A DNA stretch of 64,000 bases from an uncultured Candidatus Binatia bacterium (GTDB taxonomy: Bacteria; Desulfobacterota; Binatia; UBA9968; JAJDTQ01), in the NCBI GenBank assembly GCA_965242525.1, contig OZ251459.1, forward strand, positions 1,120,001-1,184,000, read 5' to 3'. Below, piece after piece: positions 17,697 to 27,325 of this stretch (position 1 is the first letter of the stretch; each line of letters opens with the position of its first letter). A model generated the notes under the pieces. That model did not search any database. It was not told the origin of the DNA and saw only the letters and a program-made list of their open reading frames with translations. Made by a program: the position numbers and the translations under genes.

Positions 17697-19466
17697 ATGC
17701 GTATCGTCCGAATCTTTCTCATGGTGGTGGGCGCCGGGGCCGTGCTGGCCGCGGCCGGCCTTGCCGCAGCCGTGTGGTTCTTCTCCGCACGGGACCTGCC
17801 GGTGCCGGAACGGACGGTCCTCGTCCTGGAACTCCACGGCCAGATCGTCGAATACGCGCCCCCCGACTTCACCCGGCTGCTCCGGCGCAGGACCCCCGGC
17901 GCGAGGCTCTGGAGGGTGGTGGAGACCCTCCACCGGGCCAAGGCGGACCCTCGGGTCCTGGGCCTCATGGTGCGCATCGGCGCTTCTGGCATGGGATGGG
18001 CGCAGGTCCAGGAGCTGCGCGACGCCGTCCTCGCGTTCCGGCAGTCGGGCAAGCCGGCCGTGGCCTTCGCCGAGTCCTTCGGGGAGTTCGGCCCGGGGAA
18101 CGACGCGTTCTACCTCGCCGCGGCCTTCGACGAGATCTACCTGCAACCCTCCGGCAACGTGGGACTCACGGGCCTGTTGGCCCAGCGCTACTTCGTGAAG
18201 GGCGCGCTGGAGAAGCTGGGCGTCGAGCCCCGGCTGGACGAACGGGAGGAGTACAAGGGCATCAAGGGGGTCTTGAGCGAGCGCGGCTTCACCCCCCCTC
18301 AGCGGGAGGCCCTGGTCCGGGTCCTCCGGTCCCTGTCGGAGCAGGTGACCGCGGGGGTGGCGGAAGGCCGGGGCCTCTCCCGGGCGGACGTCCGCGGGTT
18401 GATGGAACGGGCGCCCCTGTCCGCAGGGGAAGCCCTGGAAGCCGGGCTGGTGGACGGGCTGCGCTACGGCGACGAAGTGCGCCGCATGATGGAGCAGCGG
18501 CTGGGAGCGGACGCGGAGTTCCTGCCCCTGTTCCGTTACGGGAGGAGGCTGGAGCCCGAGGGGGAGCCGGCCGCCACCGTGGCCCTGATCTACGGCGTGG
18601 GCCAGGTCCGGGGAGGGCGGAACCGCTACGATCCCCTCGGGGGCGGCGTGTCCATGGGATCGGAGAGCGTCGTCCGGGCGTTCCGCCGCGCGGTGGAGGA
18701 CCACGAGGTCCGGGCCATCGTCTTCCGCATCGACAGTCCCGGAGGCTCCTACGTGGCCTCGGACGCCATCCGGCGCGAGGTGGCGCGGGCGGGACGGCGC
18801 CGCAAGCCGGTGATCGTCTCCATGGGGAACGTGGCGGGCTCCGGGGGCTATTTCGTGGCCGCCCCCGCGGACCGGATCGTGGCCCAGCCCGGCACGCTCA
18901 CGGGCTCCATCGGCGTGGCCGCGGGCAAGGTGGTGGTCCGGGGCCTGTGGGAGAAGCTGGGGGTGTCCTGGGACCAGGTGGCGGTCAACCCCAACGCGAC
19001 CTTCTGGAGCGCGCTCCACGACTACGACCCGGACCAGTGGAAGCGCCTGGAGCGACTGCTCGACGTCGTCTACGACGACTTCGTGGCCAAGGTGGCCGAA
19101 GGGCGGAAGCTCCCGGAGGAGGACGTGAGACGGGCGGCCAAGGGCCGGGTCTGGACCGGCGCGGACGCCAGGGAGCGCGGACTCGTGGACGAGCTCGGGG
19201 GGTACGCCGCGGCGCTGCGGGCGGCGCGGGAAGCCTTGGGCCTGCCGCCGGACAGCGTGCTCCGGCTGCAGGTGCTCCCGCCCCGGAAGTCCGCGGTGCG
19301 GCTCCTGCTCGAGGAACTGGCGGGGGACTGGGACGCCGACGCCCCGGTTCCGGCGGCCCCCGTCTGGAGCGAAACGCTGGCGCGGTTGGCGGGCTGGGCC
19401 CGTCAGGCCGGCCTGACGGGCCGCCCCGGCGTGCTGGAGATGGAGCTTCCGAGCCGGCTCCGGTAG
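17697..19466 (+). CDS. sppA: Signal peptide peptidase SppA (long, two-domain form)
   Basis: N-terminal TM; FRIDSPGGS, SMGNVAGSGGY, TLTGSIGV, GRVWTG, GLVDELG. Confidence 0.93.
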   Translation: MRIVRIFLMVVGAGAVLAAAGLAAAVWFFSARDLPVPERTVLVLELHGQIVEYAPPDFTRLLRRRTPGARLWRVVETLHRAKADPRVLGLMVRIGASGMGWAQVQELRDAVLAFRQSGKPAVAFAESFGEFGPGNDAFYLAAAFDEIYLQPSGNVGLTGLLAQRYFVKGALEKLGVEPRLDEREEYKGIKGVLSERGFTPPQREALVRVLRSLSEQVTAGVAEGRGLSRADVRGLMERAPLSAGEALEAGLVDGLRYGDEVRRMMEQRLGADAEFLPLFRYGRRLEPEGEPAATVALIYGVGQVRGGRNRYDPLGGGVSMGSESVVRAFRRAVEDHEVRAIVFRIDSPGGSYVASDAIRREVARAGRRRKPVIVSMGNVAGSGGYFVAAPADRIVAQPGTLTGSIGVAAGKVVVRGLWEKLGVSWDQVAVNPNATFWSALHDYDPDQWKRLERLLDVVYDDFVAKVAEGRKLPEEDVRRAAKGRVWTGADARERGLVDELGGYAAALRAAREALGLPPDSVLRLQVLPPRKSAVRLLLEELAGDWDADAPVPAAPVWSETLARLAGWARQAGLTGRPGVLEMELPSRLR

Positions 19467-19495
19467 CCCCCCGGGAGGTCCGCTCCATGCCGGCG

Positions 19496-19578
19496 CTCCC
19501 CCGGGAAAGCGCGTCCTTCGACTTCGCTTCGCTACGCTCAGGACGAACGGGAATGATCTCGGGAGGAACGGGGATGAT
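19496..19578 (-). repeat. Repeat family copy 4 (core 19513-19550)
   Basis: cgggaaagcgcgtccttcgacttcgcttcgctacgctcaggacgaacgg identical to the interior of the MITE at 55569-55678. Confidence 0.9.
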
Positions 19579-19650
19579 GGTTTGGCGTTTCCCTCCGCGG
19601 ACCCGCCCCGGGAGGAACGGATCCCCGCGGCCGAGCGCGTCCGCTGCGGC

Positions 19651-19680
19651 TTGACACGGCGAACGGCGCTTTGCTAGGAG
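19651..19680 (+). promoter_or_regulatory. Putative sigma70 promoter of the catabolic operon
   Basis: Consensus TTGACA at 19651-19656; only a weak -10 (TGcTAGGAG). Confidence 0.4.
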
Positions 19681-19706
19681 CCTGTCCGAACCTCCCTCGG
19701 TAAGAA

Positions 19707-20957
19707 ATGCTCGACGGAATCAGAGTCCTGGAGCTCGGCCACATCGTGGCCGGTCCCACCGCGGGTCTCGTCCTGGCTGCGCTGGGCGCGGACGTCATCA
19801 AGGTGGAGCGCCCGGGCAGCGGCGACCAGGCCCGGTTCAGCCGCGGCAACCAGGGGTATTTCCTGGCCTTCAACGGCAACAAGCGCAGCATCGCCTTGGA
19901 CTTGAAGGACCCGCGCGGCCGGGACGCGTTCGCGCGCCTCCTGCGCACGGCCCACGTGGTCATCGACAACTACGGCCCCGAGGTGCTGGAGCGCATGGGC
20001 CTCGGCTTCGAGGCCATGCAACGGATGCGGCCGGGACTGCTCCACTGCGGCATCAAGGGGTTCCTGGCCGGACCCTACGAAGGGCGCAACCTGCTGGACG
20101 AGCCGGCCCAGATGATGGGCGGGCTCGCCTACATGACCGGCCCTCCGGGCACGCCCCTGCGGGCGGGCGCTTCGGTGGTGGACCTGACCGGCGCCCTGTT
20201 CGGGGTCATCGGCATACTCGCCGCGCTGCTCCGGCGCCGGCACGACGACGGCGGAGGCGGCGGCGCGCAGGCAGGGCAGGGGAGGGACCGGGTTGACCCC
20301 GACCGCGCCGGCGGGGGCAACGACATCCGGGTGGGGCTGTTCGAGACCGCGGTGTTCCTGGTGTCCCAGCACATCGCCAAGGCCGGGATATCCGGGGAGG
20401 CGCCGGCCCCCATGACCGAGCGCGGCGTCGGGCAGGACCTGGGATGGGGCATCTACCGGGTGTTCGAGACCCGGGACCGGCGCCACGTGTTCATCGGCGT
20501 CACCAGCGACGTCCAGTGGGAGTCCTATTGCCGCGAGTTCGGGCTGGACGACCTCTGGGCCGAAGCGGCGCTGCGGAGCAACGCGGGCCGGCGCAGGGAG
20601 TTCGCCCGCTTGACCCGGCGCACCGAAGAGCTGGCGCGGGCTTGGGATTTCCACGAAATAGTCGCCCGGCTCGAGGCGGCCAACATCCCCCACGCGCCGG
20701 TCAACACCCCCATGGACCTGTTCGAGCATCCCCACCTGGCGGCGCGGGGGCACATGACGGAGCTCACCGCGCCGGACGGGACGTCGTCGCCGTTGCCCGG
20801 GCTGCCCCTGGACTTCCGGCATGCGGACCTGCCGCGCCGCGCGGACCCGCCCGCCCTGGGCGCCCACACGGTTCCCTTGCTGCGGGAATTGGGCTATTCG
20901 GATGAGGAGATACGGGCCATCACCGGCCCCGACCCGGTGGGGCAGGAGGGTGCATGA
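19707..20957 (+). CDS. CoA-transferase family III (CaiB/BaiF)
   Basis: LDGIRVLEL, AGP, LGADVIKVE, NKRSIALDLK, ASVVD (catalytic Asp), PPALGAHT. Confidence 0.95.
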   Translation: MLDGIRVLELGHIVAGPTAGLVLAALGADVIKVERPGSGDQARFSRGNQGYFLAFNGNKRSIALDLKDPRGRDAFARLLRTAHVVIDNYGPEVLERMGLGFEAMQRMRPGLLHCGIKGFLAGPYEGRNLLDEPAQMMGGLAYMTGPPGTPLRAGASVVDLTGALFGVIGILAALLRRRHDDGGGGGAQAGQGRDRVDPDRAGGGNDIRVGLFETAVFLVSQHIAKAGISGEAPAPMTERGVGQDLGWGIYRVFETRDRRHVFIGVTSDVQWESYCREFGLDDLWAEAALRSNAGRRREFARLTRRTEELARAWDFHEIVARLEAANIPHAPVNTPMDLFEHPHLAARGHMTELTAPDGTSSPLPGLPLDFRHADLPRRADPPALGAHTVPLLRELGYSDEEIRAITGPDPVGQEGA

Positions 20958-22072
20958 AGGCGGACGAGGGAGTCGATATGGCGGAGGTGGACGCGGCCAT
21001 CGACGCCTGGAAGGCGTTGACCGAACGGATGACCGGCTCGGTGGTGGAGGAGCGCAAGCCCTGGGTGACTTCGGTGACCGAGGACGCCATCCGGCACTTC
21101 GCCTACGGCACGGACGACGACAACCCCCTCTGGACCGACCCCGAATACGCCGCGGGCGCGTCCCACCCCAGGGTCCCGGCGCCTCCCGCGTTCGTGTTCG
21201 CCAACCGCTACCCCATACTCCACGGGGCGCCGGTGAAGGCCCCGCTGGCGTCCCTCATCGGCGGCGTGGAAGTAGAGTGGTTCGAGCGCGTTCACGCGGG
21301 CGACGCCCTGCGCTCCGAGCCGCGCCAGAAAGAGTCCTTCGAGAAGCGCAACCGGGAGGGGCGGCGCCTCAACTTCGTCATCTCGGAGATCGACTACTAC
21401 AACCAGCGGGACGAGCCGGTGGCCCGGGCCACGGGCACCATGATCATGGCCACGCAGGTCGGCCTCCAGACCATGATGGAGCACCGGACGCCCCGCTACG
21501 GCCGGGAGGACCTGGAGCGGCTGGAGGCCGTATGGCGCAGCGAGCGCCGCCGGGGCGCGGACCCGCTGTTCTTCGAGGACGTGGAAGTGGGCCACGAGGT
21601 CCCGTCCATCGTCCGGGGTCCCCTGACCATCGGCGACATGGTGGCGTGGAACGCGGCCATCGGGCCGTCCTACAAGGCCGGACGCCGGGGTTACCTGGAC
21701 CTCACCCAGGCCATGCACACCGCCATGGTGAACCCGGTGACGGGTTTTCCCGTCAAGTACTCCCAGCAGCACGAGGACGCCCACATGGCCGCGGGGCGCG
21801 GAATGCCGGCGCCCTTCGACAACGGCGTGATGCGGTTCGCCTGGGTGGCGCCCCTGGTGACCAACTGGATGGGGGACCGGGGGTTCCTGAAGCGCCTGAA
21901 GGTGCAGGTGGCCCGGCCGGGACTCTACGGCGACCTCACCACCTACACGGCACGGGTCACCGCCAGGGACCCCGAGGCCGGGACCGTGACCCTGGAGATC
22001 ACCGGGACCCGGCAGGGCGAGGTGGTGAACACCCGCGGCGCCGCGGAGGTGGCGCTGCCCGGCCGGTCCTGA
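20954..22072 (+). CDS. Double-hotdog MaoC/FAS1-like acyl-CoA dehydratase
   Basis: DAIRHFAYGTDDDNPLWTD, YYNQRDE, FEDVEVG, HED..AAGRGMPAPFD, LVTNWMGD; ATGA overlap. Confidence 0.87.
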   Translation: MKADEGVDMAEVDAAIDAWKALTERMTGSVVEERKPWVTSVTEDAIRHFAYGTDDDNPLWTDPEYAAGASHPRVPAPPAFVFANRYPILHGAPVKAPLASLIGGVEVEWFERVHAGDALRSEPRQKESFEKRNREGRRLNFVISEIDYYNQRDEPVARATGTMIMATQVGLQTMMEHRTPRYGREDLERLEAVWRSERRRGADPLFFEDVEVGHEVPSIVRGPLTIGDMVAWNAAIGPSYKAGRRGYLDLTQAMHTAMVNPVTGFPVKYSQQHEDAHMAAGRGMPAPFDNGVMRFAWVAPLVTNWMGDRGFLKRLKVQVARPGLYGDLTTYTARVTARDPEAGTVTLEITGTRQGEVVNTRGAAEVALPGRS

Positions 22073-22111
22073 AAACGGGGGACCGGGGAGACACCGGAAA
22101 GGAGAACGACC

Positions 22112-23623
22112 TTGAGCAAAGACGGCAACGGGCTGCCGGCCCGATGGGACCTGGAGACCGACGTGGTGGTGGTGGGCTTCGGTTTCGCCGGGGGCGTGGC
22201 CGCGGTGGCGGCCGCGGACGCCGGGGCGGAAGTGACCCTGGTGGAGAAGATGCCCAACCCCGGCGGCATCTCGATCCTGGCCGGCGGCGGCATCGCCACC
22301 GCGGTGGACGAGGACAAGGCGTTCGAGTACCTCCGGCACACCAACGCCGGAAGGACCCCGGACGACGTGCTGCGCGCCCTGGCCAGGGGCATGACCGAGA
22401 TGAAGGAGTTCGTGAAGGAGCTGGTGAAGGAGACGCCGTTCGATCTGGAGGAGCAGCGCAACGGCGGCACCTACCCCTTTCCCGGGGGGGAAGGGCTGGA
22501 CGGCTTCAAGATCGCGCCCATGGAGGGCTACCAGGGGTTCGAGTGGGCCAAGGGGCTGCGCGGCGGCGCCCGCCTCTTCAAGGTGCTGCTGGACAACGTG
22601 GAGGCGCGCCCGAAGATCTCGGTGCGGCAATCGACGCCCGCCCGGCGCCTGGTGCGGCACCCGGACCACGGCATCGTCGGGCTGGCGGCGGAGCACCGGG
22701 GCCGGGAGCTCGCCATCAGGGCCCGGCAGGGGGTCATCTTGGCCTGCGGCGGCTTCGAGAACAACGACGAGATGAAGCGCAACTACTTCGAGGCCATGCC
22801 CGTCTATACGCTCTTCACCGGCAACACCGGCGACGGCATCACCATGGCCCAGGAGGTGGGGGCGTCCCTGTGGCACATGTGGCACTTCCACGGCAGCTAC
22901 GGGTTCAAGTACCCGGAGTTCCCCCTGGCGTTCCGCCACTGCTTCCGGGGGCCGCGCAAGGAGGACTGGGTGATGCCCTGGATCGCGGTGGACAAGTACG
23001 GACGCCGGTTCATGAACGAGTACCCGCCCGCGGTCCAGGACACCGGCCACCGGGCGCTGGAGTTCTACGACGCCGACCGGCAGGAGTTCCCCCGCATACC
23101 CGCCTACCTGGTGTTCGACGAGAAGGGCCGCAAGCTGGGTCCGGTGGGGCAGCCCACGGTCCACGACGAGAAGGTCTCCTACGAGTGGAGCGAAGACAAC
23201 CTGGCGGAGGTGGAGAGGGGCTGGATCCGCAAGGCGGACGACCTCGAAGGCATCGCCGCGCTGATCCCCGGGGCGGACCCCGGGACGCTGGCCGGGACCG
23301 TGGAAGAGTGGAACCGGCTGTGCGCCGGCCAAGGGGTGGACCGTTACCACCGGCTGCCCGGCACCCGGCTGTCCATCGACACCCCTCCGTTCTACCTGAT
23401 GGAGGTCTGGCCCATCGTCTCCAACACCCAGGGAGGCCCGGTGCACGACGCCGGGCAGCACGTCCTGGACGTGCGCCGCGAGCCCATCCCGCGGCTCTTT
23501 TCGGCCGGGGAGTGCGGCTCGTCCTTCGGCCACCTCTACCTGGAAGCCGGCAACATCACCGAGTGCTTCGTGACCGGACGCATCGCCGGCCGCAACGCGG
23601 CCGCGCTGGAGCCGTGGCCCTGA
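22112..23623 (+). CDS. FAD-dependent oxidoreductase (FAD_binding_2; fumarate reductase/KstD/TcuA-like), paralog 1
   Basis: DVVVVGFGFAG, EK...GG.S, ILACGGFE, NTGDGI, NTQGG, IPRLFSAGE; TTG start after GGAG. Confidence 0.9.
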   Translation: MSKDGNGLPARWDLETDVVVVGFGFAGGVAAVAAADAGAEVTLVEKMPNPGGISILAGGGIATAVDEDKAFEYLRHTNAGRTPDDVLRALARGMTEMKEFVKELVKETPFDLEEQRNGGTYPFPGGEGLDGFKIAPMEGYQGFEWAKGLRGGARLFKVLLDNVEARPKISVRQSTPARRLVRHPDHGIVGLAAEHRGRELAIRARQGVILACGGFENNDEMKRNYFEAMPVYTLFTGNTGDGITMAQEVGASLWHMWHFHGSYGFKYPEFPLAFRHCFRGPRKEDWVMPWIAVDKYGRRFMNEYPPAVQDTGHRALEFYDADRQEFPRIPAYLVFDEKGRKLGPVGQPTVHDEKVSYEWSEDNLAEVERGWIRKADDLEGIAALIPGADPGTLAGTVEEWNRLCAGQGVDRYHRLPGTRLSIDTPPFYLMEVWPIVSNTQGGPVHDAGQHVLDVRREPIPRLFSAGECGSSFGHLYLEAGNITECFVTGRIAGRNAAALEPWP

Positions 23624-23658
23624 AGCCCGGGCCGGCACGCGTCCCCCCCGGGTGAGCC

Positions 23659-25728
23659 ATGTTCGACTACTTCGGCTCGCTGTTCGACGGACTCGCCGCG
23701 GTCCTGCCGTTCTCGGCCGCGGGGCAGGACCCCTTCGTGTTCATGCTGGTGGGCATCGCCATCGGCTTCGCGGTGGGCATCCTGCCGGGGCTCGGCGGCG
23801 CCACCACCCTGGCGCTGATGCTGCCGTTCATCTACAAGATGGACCCCACCACCGCGTTCGCCTTCCTCCTGGGCAGCCACGCGGTCACCGCCACCACCGG
23901 GGACATCACCTCGGTGCTGTTCGGGGTCCCCGGGGAAGGCATCACCGCGGCCACCATCGTGGACGGCCACGCCATGGCCAAGAACGGCGAAGCGGGCCGG
24001 GCCCTGGGAGCGGCGCTCATGAGCTCCCTGGTGGGAGCGGTCTTCGGCGCCTTCGCGCTGGCCCTGGCCATCCCCGTGGTCCAGCCCCTGGTGCTCTCCA
24101 TCGGCGCGCCGGAGTTCCTGATGCTCAGCCTCCTGGGCATCACCTTCCTGGCGTCCCTGAGCGGCGGCAACCTGTGCAAGGGACTGACGGCCGGCGGCTT
24201 CGGCCTGGTGCTGGCCATGGTGGGGCTCGACGAGATCACCAGCGTGTCCCGCTACACCCTGGAGCCCCTGCTCGGCAGCCGGAACGTCCTGTTCCTGTGG
24301 GACGGCCTGTCCCTGGTGGCGGTGACCGTGGGCCTGTTCGCCATCCCGGAGATCATCGAGCTGGGGACCCAGGGAAGCAGCATCGCCCGGGACGCTCCGG
24401 GCCGGCTGGGCGGGGTCATGGAAGGGATCCGGGACACCTTCCGGCACTGGAAACTGGTGCTCCGGTGCAGCGCCATCGGCGCCTACATCGGCCTCATCCC
24501 GGGGCTGGGCGGCGGTCCGGCCCAGTGGGTCGCGTACGCCCACGCGGTCCAGAGCGGCGGGGACCCGGGGCGCTTCGGTCGAGGCGCGGTGGAAGGGGTC
24601 CTGGGGCCCGGCGCAGCCAACAACTCCAAGGAGGGCGGCTCCCTGGTCCCCACCGTCGCCTTCGGCGTGCCCGGAAGCGTGGGCATGGCCATCCTGCTGG
24701 GGGCCTTCGTCATCCAGGGCATCGTCCCGGGGCCGGACCTGCTGAACCCCCACAAGCACCTGACCCTGACCTTCTCCTTCGTGTGGATCATCGTCCTGTC
24801 CAACGTGGTCACCGTGGCCGTCTGCCTGCTGTTCCTCAAGCAGTTGGCCCGGGTCACCTTCGTCAAGGGGACTTATCTCATCCCCTTCCTGCTGTTGCTC
24901 ATCTACCTGGGCGGATTCGCGGTCAAGAACAGCTTCGGCGACATGATCGTGGTGCTGCTGTTCGGCGCCGTCGGCTGGCTGATGGTGCGCTACGACTGGC
25001 AGCGCCCGCCCCTGCTGCTGGGGCTCGTGCTGGGGGGCATCGCCGACAACAACCTGTTCCTCACCAACCGCATCTACGGCATGAGCTGGGTGGCCCGGCC
25101 CGGAGTCCTCGTCATCGCGCTCATGATCGTCCTGGCCCTGCTGTATCCCCTGTGGCAGGGCCGCCGCCGGCGCAGGGAAGGCGCCGGGAGCGCCGAACTT
25201 GGGGGAGCGTACGCGGACGCCGGGCCGCAGGAGGCCGGAGGGAACTCTTTCGGTTGGGGCCGTCTCCTCTTCGCGCTCTTCATGGCCGCGGTCTTCTTCT
25301 ACGTGGTGGAAGAGGCCCTCTACGGCTTCGGCGCGGTGGAGAAGTCCGCGGCCCTGTTCCCCCTGGCGGTGGGCGTCCCGAGCCTGGTCCTCGCCCTGTG
25401 GGCACTGGTCCAGGAGTGGCGCCGTCCGGCTTCCGCCCCCGCGGCGGAGAGCGCCGCCGCGGCCGCGGAGCGCGCGGCCCTGCGCCGCCGCACCGGGGCC
25501 ATCGTCGGCTGGACCGGGGGCTTCTTCCTCATGATCTGGCTGCTGGGGTTCGTCGGCGCGTCCGCGGCGGCGACCCTGCTCTACCTCAAGCTGGGCGCGG
25601 GCGAGGGATGGGGCGTCAGTGCGGCCCTGGCCGCGGTGGCGTGGGCCTTCTTCTACGGGCTCTTCGACTATGCGCTGCGCCTGCCGTTCCCGCCGGGGGA
25701 ACTGTTCGTCTGGCTCGGCATGGCCTGA
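23659..25728 (+). CDS. tctA: Tripartite tricarboxylate transporter TctA with fused C-terminal TctB-like domain
   Basis: GILPGLG, GVPG...ATIVDGHAMAKNG, AANNS, GIVPGP; an extra 4-TM module ending GLFDYALRLPFPPG. Confidence 0.9.
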   Translation: MFDYFGSLFDGLAAVLPFSAAGQDPFVFMLVGIAIGFAVGILPGLGGATTLALMLPFIYKMDPTTAFAFLLGSHAVTATTGDITSVLFGVPGEGITAATIVDGHAMAKNGEAGRALGAALMSSLVGAVFGAFALALAIPVVQPLVLSIGAPEFLMLSLLGITFLASLSGGNLCKGLTAGGFGLVLAMVGLDEITSVSRYTLEPLLGSRNVLFLWDGLSLVAVTVGLFAIPEIIELGTQGSSIARDAPGRLGGVMEGIRDTFRHWKLVLRCSAIGAYIGLIPGLGGGPAQWVAYAHAVQSGGDPGRFGRGAVEGVLGPGAANNSKEGGSLVPTVAFGVPGSVGMAILLGAFVIQGIVPGPDLLNPHKHLTLTFSFVWIIVLSNVVTVAVCLLFLKQLARVTFVKGTYLIPFLLLLIYLGGFAVKNSFGDMIVVLLFGAVGWLMVRYDWQRPPLLLGLVLGGIADNNLFLTNRIYGMSWVARPGVLVIALMIVLALLYPLWQGRRRRREGAGSAELGGAYADAGPQEAGGNSFGWGRLLFALFMAAVFFYVVEEALYGFGAVEKSAALFPLAVGVPSLVLALWALVQEWRRPASAPAAESAAAAAERAALRRRTGAIVGWTGGFFLMIWLLGFVGASAAATLLYLKLGAGEGWGVSAALAAVAWAFFYGLFDYALRLPFPPGELFVWLGMA

Positions 25729-25774
25729 CCGGGTCCGCGGCGGCAAGGCGGGGGAACCGACGAGGGGTCGAGGG

Positions 25775-27325
25775 ATGGACGAAACCTGGGACCGGGAGAC
25801 CGACGTGGTGGTGGCGGGTTACGGGTATTCCGGCGGCGTGGCCGGGATCGTGGCCCACGACCACGGCGCCGAGGTGCAGATCCTGGAGAAGATGGAGCGC
25901 CCCGGGGGCAACTCCATCCTCTCCGGCGGTTTCTTCCGCATCACCGACGACGTGGACAAGGCGTTCGCCTACCTGAAGCGCCTGTGCCTGAACACCGTCC
26001 CGGACCCGGTGATCCACGCTTTCGCCAGGGAGCTGCACACCCTCCCGGGGTTCGTGAAGGAGCTCGCCGACGCCTCCGACGTGACCGTGCAGGAGCGGCG
26101 CGGCACCGGCGGCACCTACCGTTTCGAACACGGCCCTCCCGGAGACGCCCTGGGCCTGCTGGCGGTGAAGACGGACCGGGCCCAGTGCTATCCGTGGCTG
26201 CAAGTCCACGGCACCGGCTGGATCGCGTTCAAGGCGGTGGACGACAACGTGCGCAAGCGGGACATCCGCGTGTCGCTCTCCACGCCCGTGCGGGAACTGG
26301 TGTCGGACGGCAGCGGCCGGGTGGCGGGGGTGGTGGCCGAGGAGAAGGGGAGGCGCCTGCGCATCAGGGCCCGGAAGGGGGTGGTGCTCGCCGCGGGCGG
26401 GTTCGAGCACAACGAGCAGCTCCGGCTCCAGTACCTCCAGGCCCAGCCCTTCTACCCCATCTGCGCCCCGGGCAACACCGGCGACGGCCTGCTCATGGGG
26501 CAGAAGGCGGGCGCGGGCCTGTGGCACATGTGGCACGTGCACGGCGGCTACGGCTTCAAGGCGCCGGAGTTCCCCATCGCCTTCCGGCACCGCATCCAGG
26601 GACGGCACGGGGCCAACCACATGCCCCGGCCCGGGGAGGAGTTCTCCCTCAAGAGCGGCGACGAAGGGCCGAAGATGATGCCCTGGATCGTGGTGGACCG
26701 GTTCGGCAAGCGCTACATGGACGAGTACCCGCCCGCGCCCCAGGACAGCCCTTGGCGCGACATGAGCCTCTACGACGTGCACATCAAGGACTTCCCCCGC
26801 ATACCGTCGTGGATGGTGTTCGACGAGAACGGCCGCATCACCGGCCCCATGTTCACGCCCATCAGCGACGACCCGGCCTACCGTTACGAGTGGAGCGAGG
26901 ACAACACCGCGGAGCTGGCCAGGGGCTGGATCAGGCAGGCTCCCACCGTCGAGGAGCTCGCCCGCGCCATCGGCGTGCCGGAGCAGGCCCTGGCGGCTAC
27001 GGTGGCGCGCTGGAACCAGCTCTGCGAGCGGGGCGAGGACGTGGACTTCCAGCGGTTCGCCGGAAGCCATTTCCCCCTGTTCAAGCCGCCGTTCTACGCG
27101 GTGGAGGTCTGGCCCGTCATCACCAACACCCAGGGGGCGTTGGCCCACGACCGGCGCCAGCGGGTGCTGGACAGCCGGGGCGAGCCCATCCCCGGCCTCT
27201 ACTGCGCCGGCGAGATGGGCGGGGTGTTCGGACACCTGTACCTGAACTCGGGCAACAACTCGGAAGCGTTCATCACCGGCAGGATCGCCGGACGGAGCGC
27301 GGCCGGCGAGCGGGACCGCGCGTGA
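25775..27325 (+). CDS. FAD-dependent oxidoreductase (FAD_binding_2), paralog 2
   Basis: Same motifs as 22112-23623, including WHMWHxHGxYGFK, MPWIxVD, NTQG, IPGLYCAGE. Confidence 0.9.
   Translation: MDETWDRETDVVVAGYGYSGGVAGIVAHDHGAEVQILEKMERPGGNSILSGGFFRITDDVDKAFAYLKRLCLNTVPDPVIHAFARELHTLPGFVKELADASDVTVQERRGTGGTYRFEHGPPGDALGLLAVKTDRAQCYPWLQVHGTGWIAFKAVDDNVRKRDIRVSLSTPVRELVSDGSGRVAGVVAEEKGRRLRIRARKGVVLAAGGFEHNEQLRLQYLQAQPFYPICAPGNTGDGLLMGQKAGAGLWHMWHVHGGYGFKAPEFPIAFRHRIQGRHGANHMPRPGEEFSLKSGDEGPKMMPWIVVDRFGKRYMDEYPPAPQDSPWRDMSLYDVHIKDFPRIPSWMVFDENGRITGPMFTPISDDPAYRYEWSEDNTAELARGWIRQAPTVEELARAIGVPEQALAATVARWNQLCERGEDVDFQRFAGSHFPLFKPPFYAVEVWPVITNTQGALAHDRRQRVLDSRGEPIPGLYCAGEMGGVFGHLYLNSGNNSEAFITGRIAGRSAAGERDRA

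Noticed and set aside
25984-27321. 768-aa fused epimerase ORF; similar over-long ORFs at 14384-15700 and 48049-50076
   Set aside because: The upstream parts are shadow frames of adjacent genes; real starts are at 27322, 14986 and 48825
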